DNA of 64,000 nucleotides, taken from Candidatus Woesearchaeota archaeon. Its GTDB lineage: Archaea > Nanobdellota > Nanobdellia > Woesearchaeales > JABIAG01. Shown in pieces: positions 9,685 through 18,639 of this stretch. The DNA is taken from positions 1-64,000 of the forward strand of contig JABIAG010000003.1 of NCBI GenBank assembly GCA_018653365.1, in the 5' to 3' direction. Position numbers and translations under genes: made by a program. Within the stretch, counting starts at the first letter, position 1; each line of letters begins with the position of its first letter. The notes under the pieces were generated by a model. That model was not told the origin of the DNA. It searched no databases and saw only the letters and a list, made by a program, of their open reading frames with translations.

Positions 9685-10299
9685 TTATTTTTTGCGTTTT
9701 TTTCTTTTATTGTTATCTAAAAAGTAACCTGTTCTAAATTTTCTAAATAGCATGTAAATTCCAATTCCTAGTAATCCACCAATTACGTTGTTGAGCATGT
9801 CTTTTTGTGTGTCCCATTCGTCTGCATCTCCTGCTCCGATAAACAGTACTCCCTCTCCCTCTCCTAATGCTAGTGCACCACCATATTCAAATAGTTCGTG
9901 AAATGCGGACAGTCCTAACATTACCACTAGTACAACAACAAATATTGATATGCAGTCTCTGTATTTTTTTCTGTGGTGTATTGCTTTTAGTATTATGAAT
10001 GCGGACATAAATCCAAAGAAGCCATGCACCCAGTAATCGTATTCTATTCCTAGGGGAAATAATTCGTAGAATCCAAAGAATCCAAAAAAGTGTAATAATA
10101 AGAATATGCCTGCCATTATGTAATGTGCTGGTTGTAGGTCTATTTTTTTTCTTAGTAAATAAACGCCAACTAGTAAACCAACGACAAATATAAAATCATA
10201 TTTGTAATGTGAACTTGTTTTAATTGCAAGAATTTCAATTATTATTAATGGAATTAGTGTGATTAACATTATCCACTTGTTTGCTTTATCTTTATCCAT
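9685..10299 (-). CDS. DUF2238/YjdF-like integral membrane protein
   Basis: Multiple TM helices; YDYWVH, HELFEY, WDTQKDM motifs. Confidence 0.7.
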   Translation of the reverse strand: MDKDKANKWIMLITLIPLIIIEILAIKTSSHYKYDFIFVVGLLVGVYLLRKKIDLQPAHYIMAGIFLLLHFFGFFGFYELFPLGIEYDYWVHGFFGFMSAFIILKAIHHRKKYRDCISIFVVVLVVMLGLSAFHELFEYGGALALGEGEGVLFIGAGDADEWDTQKDMLNNVIGGLLGIGIYMLFRKFRTGYFLDNNKRKKRKK

Positions 10300-10330
10300 T
10301 TTAATTTATTTTTTTTATTATTTAAAAATG

Positions 10331-10960
10331 TTAAGATTTTGGTATTATTTTCAATTCTCTGCTTAAATTTGTTACCACTCCCTCGCCCACTACTACGTCA
10401 TCCTCTATTCTTATTCCCCATTTACCTTTTTTATATAGTCCGGGTTCTATTGTGATCACCTCTCCTTTCTTTAGATGAGTGTTCATTTTTGCATGAACTA
10501 CATCACTTAATCCATGTCCTAACAGGTGTATGAATAATTTGTTCTTATTTCCTAATCTTTTTCTAAATGCACGTTCAATATAGCGGGGTTTAGCATTGAT
10601 TTTAACCTGACGTAACATTTTATAATGCTCTCTTAACAGGTATGCATACAAATCTTTTTCTTCTTGCGAGGGTGTTCCAATATATACTGTTCGGGTTACA
10701 TCACTACAAATTCCGTCATGCTTTATTCCAAAGTCTATTACACAAAACCCTTTTTCAAGCGGTCCGTTTTCAAAATAATGGGGGTTGGCAGCATTCTTTC
10801 CTGATGCAACAACAGTTGTAAAGGCCAATTCAAACCCTCTTTCTAAGAATTCTTTAACCTCTTTCTCTGTTTTAAACGTTTCAAACCTCTCAATACAGGC
10901 TTTCATCCTTTCACAGGTTAATTCACATGCTTTTTTGATATTTTCATTCATCTGTACCAT
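10331..10960 (-). CDS. M24 (Xaa-Pro type) metallopeptidase, catalytic domain only
   Basis: IDFG, SDVTRT, HLLGHG, TIEPGLY, GIRIEDD. Confidence 0.88.
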   Translation of the reverse strand: MVQMNENIKKACELTCERMKACIERFETFKTEKEVKEFLERGFELAFTTVVASGKNAANPHYFENGPLEKGFCVIDFGIKHDGICSDVTRTVYIGTPSQEEKDLYAYLLREHYKMLRQVKINAKPRYIERAFRKRLGNKNKLFIHLLGHGLSDVVHAKMNTHLKKGEVITIEPGLYKKGKWGIRIEDDVVVGEGVVTNLSRELKIIPKS

Positions 10961-11043
10961 GAAAATGGTTTTGTTTATATAATTTCTTTATATATACTCG
11001 AAAAACGATAGATTTAAATATTCTCGAGTTTTTATTATTCTCT

Positions 11044-11304
11044 ATGGAAGAAGACAAAAACTTTTCAAAAGAGATTATTGGTAAAACAGTTGTATCTAAA
11101 AATGGTAAGACTTATGGTAATGTTGCTGATGTTGAGTTTGAGACTCGTTCTGGGGAACTAATTCATATCATTTTGAAGAGTCCTACTGCTAATGCTGAAA
11201 AGTTAGAACTTGAGAAAGATGGCAATGGTAGTCTAAAGATTCCTTTTTCTGCAGTTATAGCAATTGGTGATTTCTTAGTTATTGCTGAAGAAGACATTGT
11301 TTAA
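11044..11304 (+). CDS. PRC-barrel protein (CdpB-like)
   Basis: IIGKTVVSKNGKTYGNVADVEF...IPFSAVIAIGDFLVI. Confidence 0.88.
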   Translation: MEEDKNFSKEIIGKTVVSKNGKTYGNVADVEFETRSGELIHIILKSPTANAEKLELEKDGNGSLKIPFSAVIAIGDFLVIAEEDIV

Positions 11305-11401
11305 ATTATAATTATTCTTTTTTTGGGCTGTTTGAACGTAGTGAGAATAGTCCTTCGTTTGGCATTGGCGAAAGAATGCTGCTGAAGAAGACATTGTTTA
11401 A
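11283..11401 (+). repeat. Two-hairpin mini-element between 22-bp direct repeats of the upstream gene end
   Basis: tgctgaagaagacattgtttaa at 11283-11304 and 11380-11401; hairpins at 11325-11353 and 11361-11380. Confidence 0.85.
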
Positions 11402-11441
11402 GATAACAATCTTTTTATAACACTTCTTTATACTATTAAAT

Positions 11442-12395
11442 ATGGAACATTCTATCTGGATAGAAAAATACCGTCCTAAATCTTTTGAAGAGATCAAGGG
11501 GCAGATTGAGATAATTAAACGAATTAAGGCATTAGTTGAAAAACAAAATCTTCCTCATTTATTATTTACTGGTCCTGCAGGTGTTGGTAAGACTACTCTT
11601 GCGGTGGTTATAGCTAAACAATTATTCAAAGACACCTGGAGAGAGAACTTTTTAGAACTTAATGCTTCTGATGAACGAGGTATTGATATTATTCGAAATA
11701 AGGTTAAGGACTTCGCCAGGACCAAGGCTATTGGTGATGTACCGTTTAAAGTTATATATTTGGATGAGTCTGATGCCCTAACTAAAGAGGCTCAGCAAGC
11801 ACTTAGGCGTACGATGGAGAATTACACTCAGAACTGTAGATTCATCTTAGCAGCTAATTATTCTTCTAAAATTATTGATCCTATTCAGTCTAGATGTGCT
11901 GCTTTTCGTTTCAAACCTCTTGAAAAGGAGGAAATTGTCAAACTGATTGATGTTATTGTTGAAAAGGAGTCTTTAACAATTGATGATAAAGCAAAAGAAG
12001 CATTATTTCAGATTAGTCATGGTGATTGTAGAAAGTTGGAAAACACGCTTCAAAGTTGTGCTTCTATTTCTAATAACCTTACTGAAGAGAATGTCTTCAG
12101 CTTAGCATCTTTTGCTAAACCTGAAGAGTTGAAAACTGCCCTAGAACTTGCATTAAAACAGGATTTTGAGGCTGCTCGTAACGAATTATTGAAGACTATG
12201 TTGAAGTATGGTTTGTCTGGTACTGATGTTATTAAGCAGATTCAGCAAGAGATTTGGAATCTTGATATTGAGGATAAGTCTAAAGTTCAGTTAATTGATA
12301 AGTGTGGCGAGATAGAGTTCAGAATGGTTGAGGGTAGTGATGAGTTTATTCAGTTGGAAGCGTTACTGGCTCAGATTATGATTTCTAAATCTTAG
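11442..12395 (+). CDS. rfcS: Replication factor C small subunit
   Basis: WIEKYRP, GPAGVGKTT, LELNASDERG, LDESD, QSRC. Confidence 0.96.
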   Translation: MEHSIWIEKYRPKSFEEIKGQIEIIKRIKALVEKQNLPHLLFTGPAGVGKTTLAVVIAKQLFKDTWRENFLELNASDERGIDIIRNKVKDFARTKAIGDVPFKVIYLDESDALTKEAQQALRRTMENYTQNCRFILAANYSSKIIDPIQSRCAAFRFKPLEKEEIVKLIDVIVEKESLTIDDKAKEALFQISHGDCRKLENTLQSCASISNNLTEENVFSLASFAKPEELKTALELALKQDFEAARNELLKTMLKYGLSGTDVIKQIQQEIWNLDIEDKSKVQLIDKCGEIEFRMVEGSDEFIQLEALLAQIMISKS

Positions 12396-12516
12396 GTTGT
12401 TCGAACGTTAGTGAGAACTGATGTTGCGCGAGAACATTTTCTCGCTGGTTGAGGGTAGTGATGAGTTTATTCAGTTAGAGGCGTTACTTGCTCAGATTAT
12501 GATTTCTAAGAATTAA
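12325..12516 (+). repeat. 71-bp duplication of the rfcS 3' end around a two-hairpin mini-element
   Basis: Copies at 12325-12395 and 12446-12516; hairpins gttcgaacgttagtgagaac (12399-12418) and gcgagaacattttctcgc (12428-12445). Confidence 0.88.
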
Positions 12517-12543
12517 TTTAAAAAAATAAAAAAAAATAAATGT

Positions 12544-13452
12544 TTATTCTGTGTGTTTTACCATTAACGTTGTTGATATGTCGTCACTTACTGCGTAAGT
12601 TAGGTCAATGGTTATTGCTTTTTCATAGTCTGTTGCAGAGTCAATTTCTACATTACATCTAATTGTTTTGGTTCCGTCTTGTAGGTTTACATATCCTTCA
12701 CTGTCGGTTCCTTGACAGGTGATGCCCTCTATTCCTGCTACTTCTACCTTTACTTTGTTTTCTACGCTTCGTGTGCCTTCACAGCTCACACCCTCTTTGT
12801 ATATTTTACTTACACTTCCTTGGTTTGCGATTACAAAGTCAAATTCAAGTTTGTTTTGTCCTGCAGCTCTTTCTGTTAAGGAGGTTACCTGAATTGGTGC
12901 TCCTGAACTGAATACCTCTTTTACTGCTCCAACAGTACATACTCTGCTGTTGTCTTTTAGAATGTCTTTTACTACACACAAGTCTGCTACTGCTTTTGTT
13001 GCGTATTCGTAGCACATGCTTGCAATTATTGGTCTTTCTATTGCAGCTCCAACAATTGTTCCATCATAACTTAGTTCTTCTATTGATACTTCTGTTTGTC
13101 CACCATCTACTAATCCTGCAGCATCTTTTGATGCTCCCATTAGATCTCCGGTTGGTTCTAAAACAAAGTCTGTATCGCTTAATCCGAATTCTTCAGGGTC
13201 TATCCCTTTGATTGTTACTTCAACATCTTCTTTTGCTACATCTGTTTCTCCTACATTTTCTAGTTCTACTACTAATTCAAATGGGAAATTACCATTATCA
13301 AATACTTCTGCGGGGGGTGCGTCTGCTAAAAATGCCATTCTCACTCCTGTAGTTCCACCAACAAAGGGGTTAACTTTGCCAGTTTCTTCTTTTTGACAGC
13401 CCATTAACATGATCGTCATTACAACCAATAAAGCTAAAATTATTTTTTTCAT
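12544..13452 (-). CDS. Putative lipoprotein of a paralogous beta-rich envelope family
   Basis: Lipobox LMGC; motifs PPxEV, CYEYATxxxxxLCV, APIQV, FVIANQG. Confidence 0.75.
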   Translation of the reverse strand: MKKIILALLVVMTIMLMGCQKEETGKVNPFVGGTTGVRMAFLADAPPAEVFDNGNFPFELVVELENVGETDVAKEDVEVTIKGIDPEEFGLSDTDFVLEPTGDLMGASKDAAGLVDGGQTEVSIEELSYDGTIVGAAIERPIIASMCYEYATKAVADLCVVKDILKDNSRVCTVGAVKEVFSSGAPIQVTSLTERAAGQNKLEFDFVIANQGSVSKIYKEGVSCEGTRSVENKVKVEVAGIEGITCQGTDSEGYVNLQDGTKTIRCNVEIDSATDYEKAITIDLTYAVSDDISTTLMVKHTE

Positions 13453-13463
13453 TTTATATTACC

Positions 13464-14357
13464 TCATTCAATTCGTTTTATTAGTACTCTTTTTGTAATT
13501 GAGTCTTTGTAACTATATCCCAATTGTACTCCTAGTGATGTTCTGTATGCTGGTTCGTCTTCATCTAGATCTTCTCCAGTACATGTTATTGTTCCTACTC
13601 CGTTTATGATTCTTATCCATTCTGAAGGGGTACAATCTAATTCTTCATCTCCTAAATAAACTGCTAATAATTCTACTACGTCTTTGTCACTTCTTTCAGG
13701 GTTTAAGCAGTCTGTTTCTCGGAAAACACTTCCGCCGCCAACGTTTGAGATTTTTATAGTGAATCTTACTTTTTCTTTTAGAGATTCTTGTTGAATTGAG
13801 GTTACTCCAATTGGTGCTGCCTGTCCACCTAGTCCTGATGAGATTCCGGGATTGCAGGTGTCTTCATCATTTCTTGTTGGGTTTGGGTCTACGCATACAT
13901 CTATTGGTGCTAATGTTTCATAGTCATAACATGCGGTTACTCTTATATCTTGAGGTAATGAGTCTGCATCTTCATATAATCTTACGTCAAATTCTTCTTC
14001 ATAGAATGCCAATCCTCCTTCTGGGTTGGTTTGTGATTTTCTGCCCTCAATGTCTATTGAGTCATCATATGGTAAATCTATTAGATTTCTATCAAATCCG
14101 GAGAAGTATAGGTCAACATCTAAACTATCATCTTCTTCTTCAGGAAATCCCCCTCTGTTTCTTAATTCTAGTACTATAGGGTATGTTTCTCCTGCATAGA
14201 TTTCATTTGGTGGACTGTTTTGACTTAGTTCTAAGACAATCCCTTGGTTTCCTGTTTTCCAGTTTGGGTATTCTCCTTCGTTGCTGCCACCTGTACATCC
14301 TACCAATACTATTAATGTTAGAATTGCTAATATTATTATTTTGATTTTCATTTTCAT
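13464..14357 (-). CDS. Putative lipoprotein, same paralogous family
   Basis: Lipobox LVGC; PPNEIY, CYDYETxxxxxVCVD, APIGV, IKISNVGGG. Confidence 0.75.
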   Translation of the reverse strand: MKMKIKIIILAILTLIVLVGCTGGSNEGEYPNWKTGNQGIVLELSQNSPPNEIYAGETYPIVLELRNRGGFPEEEDDSLDVDLYFSGFDRNLIDLPYDDSIDIEGRKSQTNPEGGLAFYEEEFDVRLYEDADSLPQDIRVTACYDYETLAPIDVCVDPNPTRNDEDTCNPGISSGLGGQAAPIGVTSIQQESLKEKVRFTIKISNVGGGSVFRETDCLNPERSDKDVVELLAVYLGDEELDCTPSEWIRIINGVGTITCTGEDLDEDEPAYRTSLGVQLGYSYKDSITKRVLIKRIE

Positions 14358-14432
14358 TTATTCTTCCTCTTTAGTGTATTTAAACTTTGCGATTTTTTAG
14401 GAGTAAAGTTTGAGCTTATAATCCATCAACGT

Positions 14433-15362
14433 TTATCTAGCGGGATTTTTCACTATGAACATATCTGTTGAGGTTTCATCTTTGTAGCCATAATCTAATG
14501 TCATGGTGATACTTCCTAAGTATGCTTCTTCTGAATAAGGAATTTCATTTCCTTCACAAGCTAAGGTAGTTACTTCTACATCAAAATATTCATCGCCTTC
14601 GGATCTTTGTTCTACTCTTAGTTGATTTCTTGTACATTTTAATTTATCAAAACCCAGGTATATGTTGCTTGCATCTATTAATCCTACTTCTGCAGGTTTT
14701 AGTCCTGTTGATGAACACGCATTTTCGTATGCTGTTTTGGCCATTACTGTTCCCTTTCCTACATTTTCTACCTCAAATTCAAATGTTGGAATTGCGCCTG
14801 TTTTTGTGGGCAACATTTTTGTTTCCATGGATATTACTGCTACTGGTGCTCCCTGTCCATTTCTAAATGTTCTTTTTTGTTCTGGACATTCTGCTGGTTT
14901 GTTTGTCTTTTCTCCAAGTACGTCAGGATCTATGCACACGTTTGTTGAGAAAACAGTGCTATATGGATAACAATAAACTATTTTAAACTCCGCAGGTTGT
15001 GTTTCTGCTGCAAAAATTGTTTTTGTTTGTATGTCTATTACTTTTATATCGCTATCTCCATAAGGGTTGTTTATGCTTTTGCCTTCAAGTCTAGCATAGT
15101 ATAAGTCTTCAAAGCTTTCAAACAAGCTTCGTTGGGTACTTAATACTATTTTTGCTTTATCTATGTCTGTTGCTCCTGCATTATGTGCTTCAAAACCAAT
15201 TGAGAACGGACTGTTTTCATATACTTCGTCAGGAGGCGTGTTGGGTAAGAATTCAATTACTAACCCTTCTGTGCCTTGGTGTGGATCGTATTCGTTCGAA
15301 TCATTTCTACCGCAGGCAGTAATTAAAAGTAGTCCAATTAGTATTAGTATTATTTTTTTCAT
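14433..15362 (-). CDS. Putative lipoprotein, same paralogous family
   Basis: Lipobox ITAC; PPDEVY, CYPYSTxxxxxVCID, APVAV, FEVENVGKG. Confidence 0.75.
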   Translation of the reverse strand: MKKIILILIGLLLITACGRNDSNEYDPHQGTEGLVIEFLPNTPPDEVYENSPFSIGFEAHNAGATDIDKAKIVLSTQRSLFESFEDLYYARLEGKSINNPYGDSDIKVIDIQTKTIFAAETQPAEFKIVYCYPYSTVFSTNVCIDPDVLGEKTNKPAECPEQKRTFRNGQGAPVAVISMETKMLPTKTGAIPTFEFEVENVGKGTVMAKTAYENACSSTGLKPAEVGLIDASNIYLGFDKLKCTRNQLRVEQRSEGDEYFDVEVTTLACEGNEIPYSEEAYLGSITMTLDYGYKDETSTDMFIVKNPAR

Positions 15363-15368
15363 TTTAAT

Positions 15369-17381
15369 TTATATTTCAAATGTTTCTATTCTACATCCGT
15401 ATCGATCATTAATCCAGTCACACTGGTTATTTGAATTTTCACATTCTGATTTTTCTTTCTCTTTACATTTAGTAGCTATGTCTTTGTGTGTTGATCCACA
15501 ATTTTCTCCTTTTTCTAAAAGTTTTGTGCTTTCATCTTCTTTGCCAGGAACTCGTATTTTACATTCACAAGTTTCTGCATTACACAGAGTTATGTCATCA
15601 TCATATATTGGGATGATTTGTTCAAATTCTTGTATTCCAAATTTTACTCCTTTTTGTATTCTGTATTTATATTCTGCTAGTACCTGAAAGAAGTCTAGAG
15701 TTATATCGTCTGCTAGGTATAATGCGTTTGGTGTTATTATTAAATCACAGGTTATTTTCATTCTGTTGCCTGCTTCCATGTTTCTATTTTTTGTAAATTT
15801 TAAATAAGATTGATCTTTTTCATAATCTAAGGTTATTGGGTTAGTTCCATCCATTGGGGGATTACATGCTCTTACCTCTACTCCTTCAGGTAGCATTATT
15901 GTGATCCTTTCAAAATGATCTATTGTCCCCTCACCAACATTTTCAAATTCAACCCCCCATCTTACGGGGATTTCTGGTGCTGCAATTAATACCTTTCTTT
16001 TTACAAATGTGTCTAACATTTTGGTTGAGACCGGTCCTGGTGTGTATCTTGCTCTTCCAGTTTCAAATTCATGGTCTAATTTGTATAATTCATCAAATTT
16101 GTCCTTGCTTACCATTTGTTTAATTATGGATCCTGCTGCTATGAAGTCAAATTCTGCTTTCATAAAAATTGTTCTTGCTTTATCGTTTCCAACAGTTAGT
16201 TCATCAAAATTACATGATGTTCCAACATGTTGATTTTCAATGTATTTGAAGTCAAGTATGGATGGAACCATTTCTCCTGGTTCGTTTCGATTGGTAAAGC
16301 AGCTTAAACTAATCTGATCTAGATCGCACTCAACATTTACGGCGTTACATATGTCTTGGTTTAGTCCTCGTCCAGATATGCCTCCTGTTATGAAAGCATT
16401 TCTTACTTTTCCGCCAGTTTTTATTAGTGGTTGTCTATCTTCACTTGCTACTCTTTGATCATCTACTTCTAAGTTTAGTCCTAGTTTTTGTGTTGCGTAT
16501 TCATCTACTTTTCCATTGAATATGTCCCCCGTGGTGGCTATCTCTATCTGCCGATCGAATTGTCCTCTGGCCCAGTCTATCATTCCTTTAAACATACCTC
16601 CAAAATTGTTGAGGGTTTGCCAGTATTCTTCTTCTGCAAAGTATTGTATGAATCTTCTTACTGTGTCTCCTGCCATTTTTGCTCCAGCATCTCCACTGAA
16701 TAAGAATCCTGCTCCAACAATTAGTATTATGAATATTATTGCTGCGATTACAATTACTGGTTTTTTCCCTTTTTGCATGGCTATGTTTATTTTTTGTTTT
16801 GTTGTTGATTTGTTTGCTCCTGATATTTTGTCAACTAATTTATTTAAGTGATGCATTCCTGTAAATCGTGATAGAAAGGGGTGTGCTTCTTCAAAGTTTC
16901 TAGCAATTTTTATTCCCGCACCTGCTGCCATGCCTTCTGGCCCAAAGCCTGATGCTAGTTCTGCAATTTGGTCACTTCCTTTTCTTCGCGCATCTGCTGC
17001 TTTTTCTTCTGCACTTGCAACTCTTGCACTCCCTTTTTGTTGTGCTGTTGCTGCTCCTGTTTGCGCTTTAGCTACTTGTTCTTTTCTTAATGAATCTTTA
17101 GTAAGTTTTTCTTGTGCAACTAAAACTTTTCTTTTATATCTGGGTAATTTCGCTTCTTCTGCTAAATATTTTCTTTTCTCTCTTGCTGCTTTTAATTCTT
17201 GATAAGAAACGTTATTTTCTCGCATCAATTTTCTTTTAGCTTGAGAGTTAACCTGTGAATCATGAAAGACATCGTGATTAGCACCCTTTAATTTTATTTC
17301 GGCGTTTAAACTAGATGCAATTCCGCCTTTTTTTCTTAGATATGCATCTATTGCAGAATCTATTGCACTTTTATCAGCCAT
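15369..17381 (-). CDS. Single-pass membrane protein: basic coiled-coil N-terminus, TM helix, exodomain related to the neighbouring lipoproteins, Cys-rich tail
   Basis: TM segment VIVIAAIIFIILIVGAGFLF; GPV...VEFENVGEG...AEYKY matches the second half of the lipoproteins; C-terminal multi-Cys segment. Confidence 0.7.
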   Translation of the reverse strand: MADKSAIDSAIDAYLRKKGGIASSLNAEIKLKGANHDVFHDSQVNSQAKRKLMRENNVSYQELKAAREKRKYLAEEAKLPRYKRKVLVAQEKLTKDSLRKEQVAKAQTGAATAQQKGSARVASAEEKAADARRKGSDQIAELASGFGPEGMAAGAGIKIARNFEEAHPFLSRFTGMHHLNKLVDKISGANKSTTKQKINIAMQKGKKPVIVIAAIIFIILIVGAGFLFSGDAGAKMAGDTVRRFIQYFAEEEYWQTLNNFGGMFKGMIDWARGQFDRQIEIATTGDIFNGKVDEYATQKLGLNLEVDDQRVASEDRQPLIKTGGKVRNAFITGGISGRGLNQDICNAVNVECDLDQISLSCFTNRNEPGEMVPSILDFKYIENQHVGTSCNFDELTVGNDKARTIFMKAEFDFIAAGSIIKQMVSKDKFDELYKLDHEFETGRARYTPGPVSTKMLDTFVKRKVLIAAPEIPVRWGVEFENVGEGTIDHFERITIMLPEGVEVRACNPPMDGTNPITLDYEKDQSYLKFTKNRNMEAGNRMKITCDLIITPNALYLADDITLDFFQVLAEYKYRIQKGVKFGIQEFEQIIPIYDDDITLCNAETCECKIRVPGKEDESTKLLEKGENCGSTHKDIATKCKEKEKSECENSNNQCDWINDRYGCRIETFEI

Positions 17382-17383
17382 AC

Positions 17384-18592
17384 TTACCTCTTTCTTTTTT
17401 CTATTTTAACTGTGAGTTTTAGAACATCTACCGAATCATCATCTGTTGATAGTTTGATTACATTATTTCCTTTTTCAAGATAACTGTCGATTATTTGTGT
17501 GAATGTCTCATCTCTTTGGTAAATTCCAATGTCTCTATTGTTAACTTCTACTTTCATGTTAACATATTCATCATCTACAACAAACTCCATGGTCATGTTG
17601 GCTATGTATTTACTTTCAGATATGTCTTCCCATTGGTCTTCATCTATATATACATAGAATTTTGGTTCTCTTTTTTCTTTTAAGTCAGTTTTTACTTTAA
17701 TTCGGTCTACAAGGTAAGTTCCTTTTTCTGTTTTAAATCCTACCTCGTTTATTCCTGTTTCAATATATGTTGGTGGAACCAATACTGTGTTTAAAACATT
17801 ACAGTCTGGCACTGCGCTGAATATCTCATCTGCATTTATTCTTATTCGTAATCTTCCTGTGTTCGTACTTTCACATTCAGGTACAAATATTAATCTTGCT
17901 TCGTTTATGTTATCTCTTGAATCTAGAATGTTAAAGACTGTTTTTGTATCTTGTCCGGACACGTCAGTTATGTCTGCAAGTATTTTTACGTTTTCAAATG
18001 CGTACTCATTTGCATTCCAGAATGCAACTCCTACCGATGATGTTGAGAATTCTAAACGGTTGATGCCGTTAGTTAATTTTTCTTTGGGTAGTATGATTGG
18101 ATCTGAGTTGTATTGGTTAATGTCTTTTTCATATATTACTTGAGTGTTAAGTTTAACTGCAAGTGTTCCCTCATTTTTTAGGGTGTTAAATGATAATAAT
18201 AAATTGTTTATGTTGTCTTTGTCTGCGATTTCAAATTCTATTTGTTTTGGCTTTTTTTCAAACCAACTGTTTTTAATGATGAATGGGTTTTCTTTTTTTA
18301 CAATTTCTGCATCAGTAGTTCTTACTAATCTGACCGAGGGCAAATTATATTCGTATTGTGTTCTTCCCTCTTCCTCAATTCGACCAGGACTAACATCTAA
18401 AAGCACTCGACTGCTTGTTGTACCTGTTATTGTTCCAGAATTACTACTACCTCCACTATTGCTTGATCCTGTGTCAAGGTCTAACAATTCGTTTCTTGTA
18501 TCTGCAGGGATTAATAGTACATATAATATCAAGAATACGGCAAATAAGAATACTAATACTGCTGCATAGGCGGCATCTCCTTTTTTATTCAT
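17384..18592 (-). CDS. Membrane-anchored beta-rich protein with class III (prepilin-like) signal
   Basis: MNKKG|DAAYAAVLVFLFAVFLILYVLL, Ser/Gly linker, about three repeated beta modules each ending GxNxL/I/V. Confidence 0.65.
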   Translation of the reverse strand: MNKKGDAAYAAVLVFLFAVFLILYVLLIPADTRNELLDLDTGSSNSGGSSNSGTITGTTSSRVLLDVSPGRIEEEGRTQYEYNLPSVRLVRTTDAEIVKKENPFIIKNSWFEKKPKQIEFEIADKDNINNLLLSFNTLKNEGTLAVKLNTQVIYEKDINQYNSDPIILPKEKLTNGINRLEFSTSSVGVAFWNANEYAFENVKILADITDVSGQDTKTVFNILDSRDNINEARLIFVPECESTNTGRLRIRINADEIFSAVPDCNVLNTVLVPPTYIETGINEVGFKTEKGTYLVDRIKVKTDLKEKREPKFYVYIDEDQWEDISESKYIANMTMEFVVDDEYVNMKVEVNNRDIGIYQRDETFTQIIDSYLEKGNNVIKLSTDDDSVDVLKLTVKIEKRKR

Positions 18593-18639
18593 GCTCTAAA
18601 ATAATTAACTTTATATATAAATGTTCCTATTTTACGCAC

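Noticed and set aside
11283-12516. Prophage or integrative element att sites
   Set aside because: The direct repeats enclose only 50-75 bp of hairpin DNA and no integrase or cargo is present.
18415-18639. N-terminal extension of Pelota in the ORF track
   Set aside because: It overlaps the divergent gene and its promoter; homology begins at ATG 18640.
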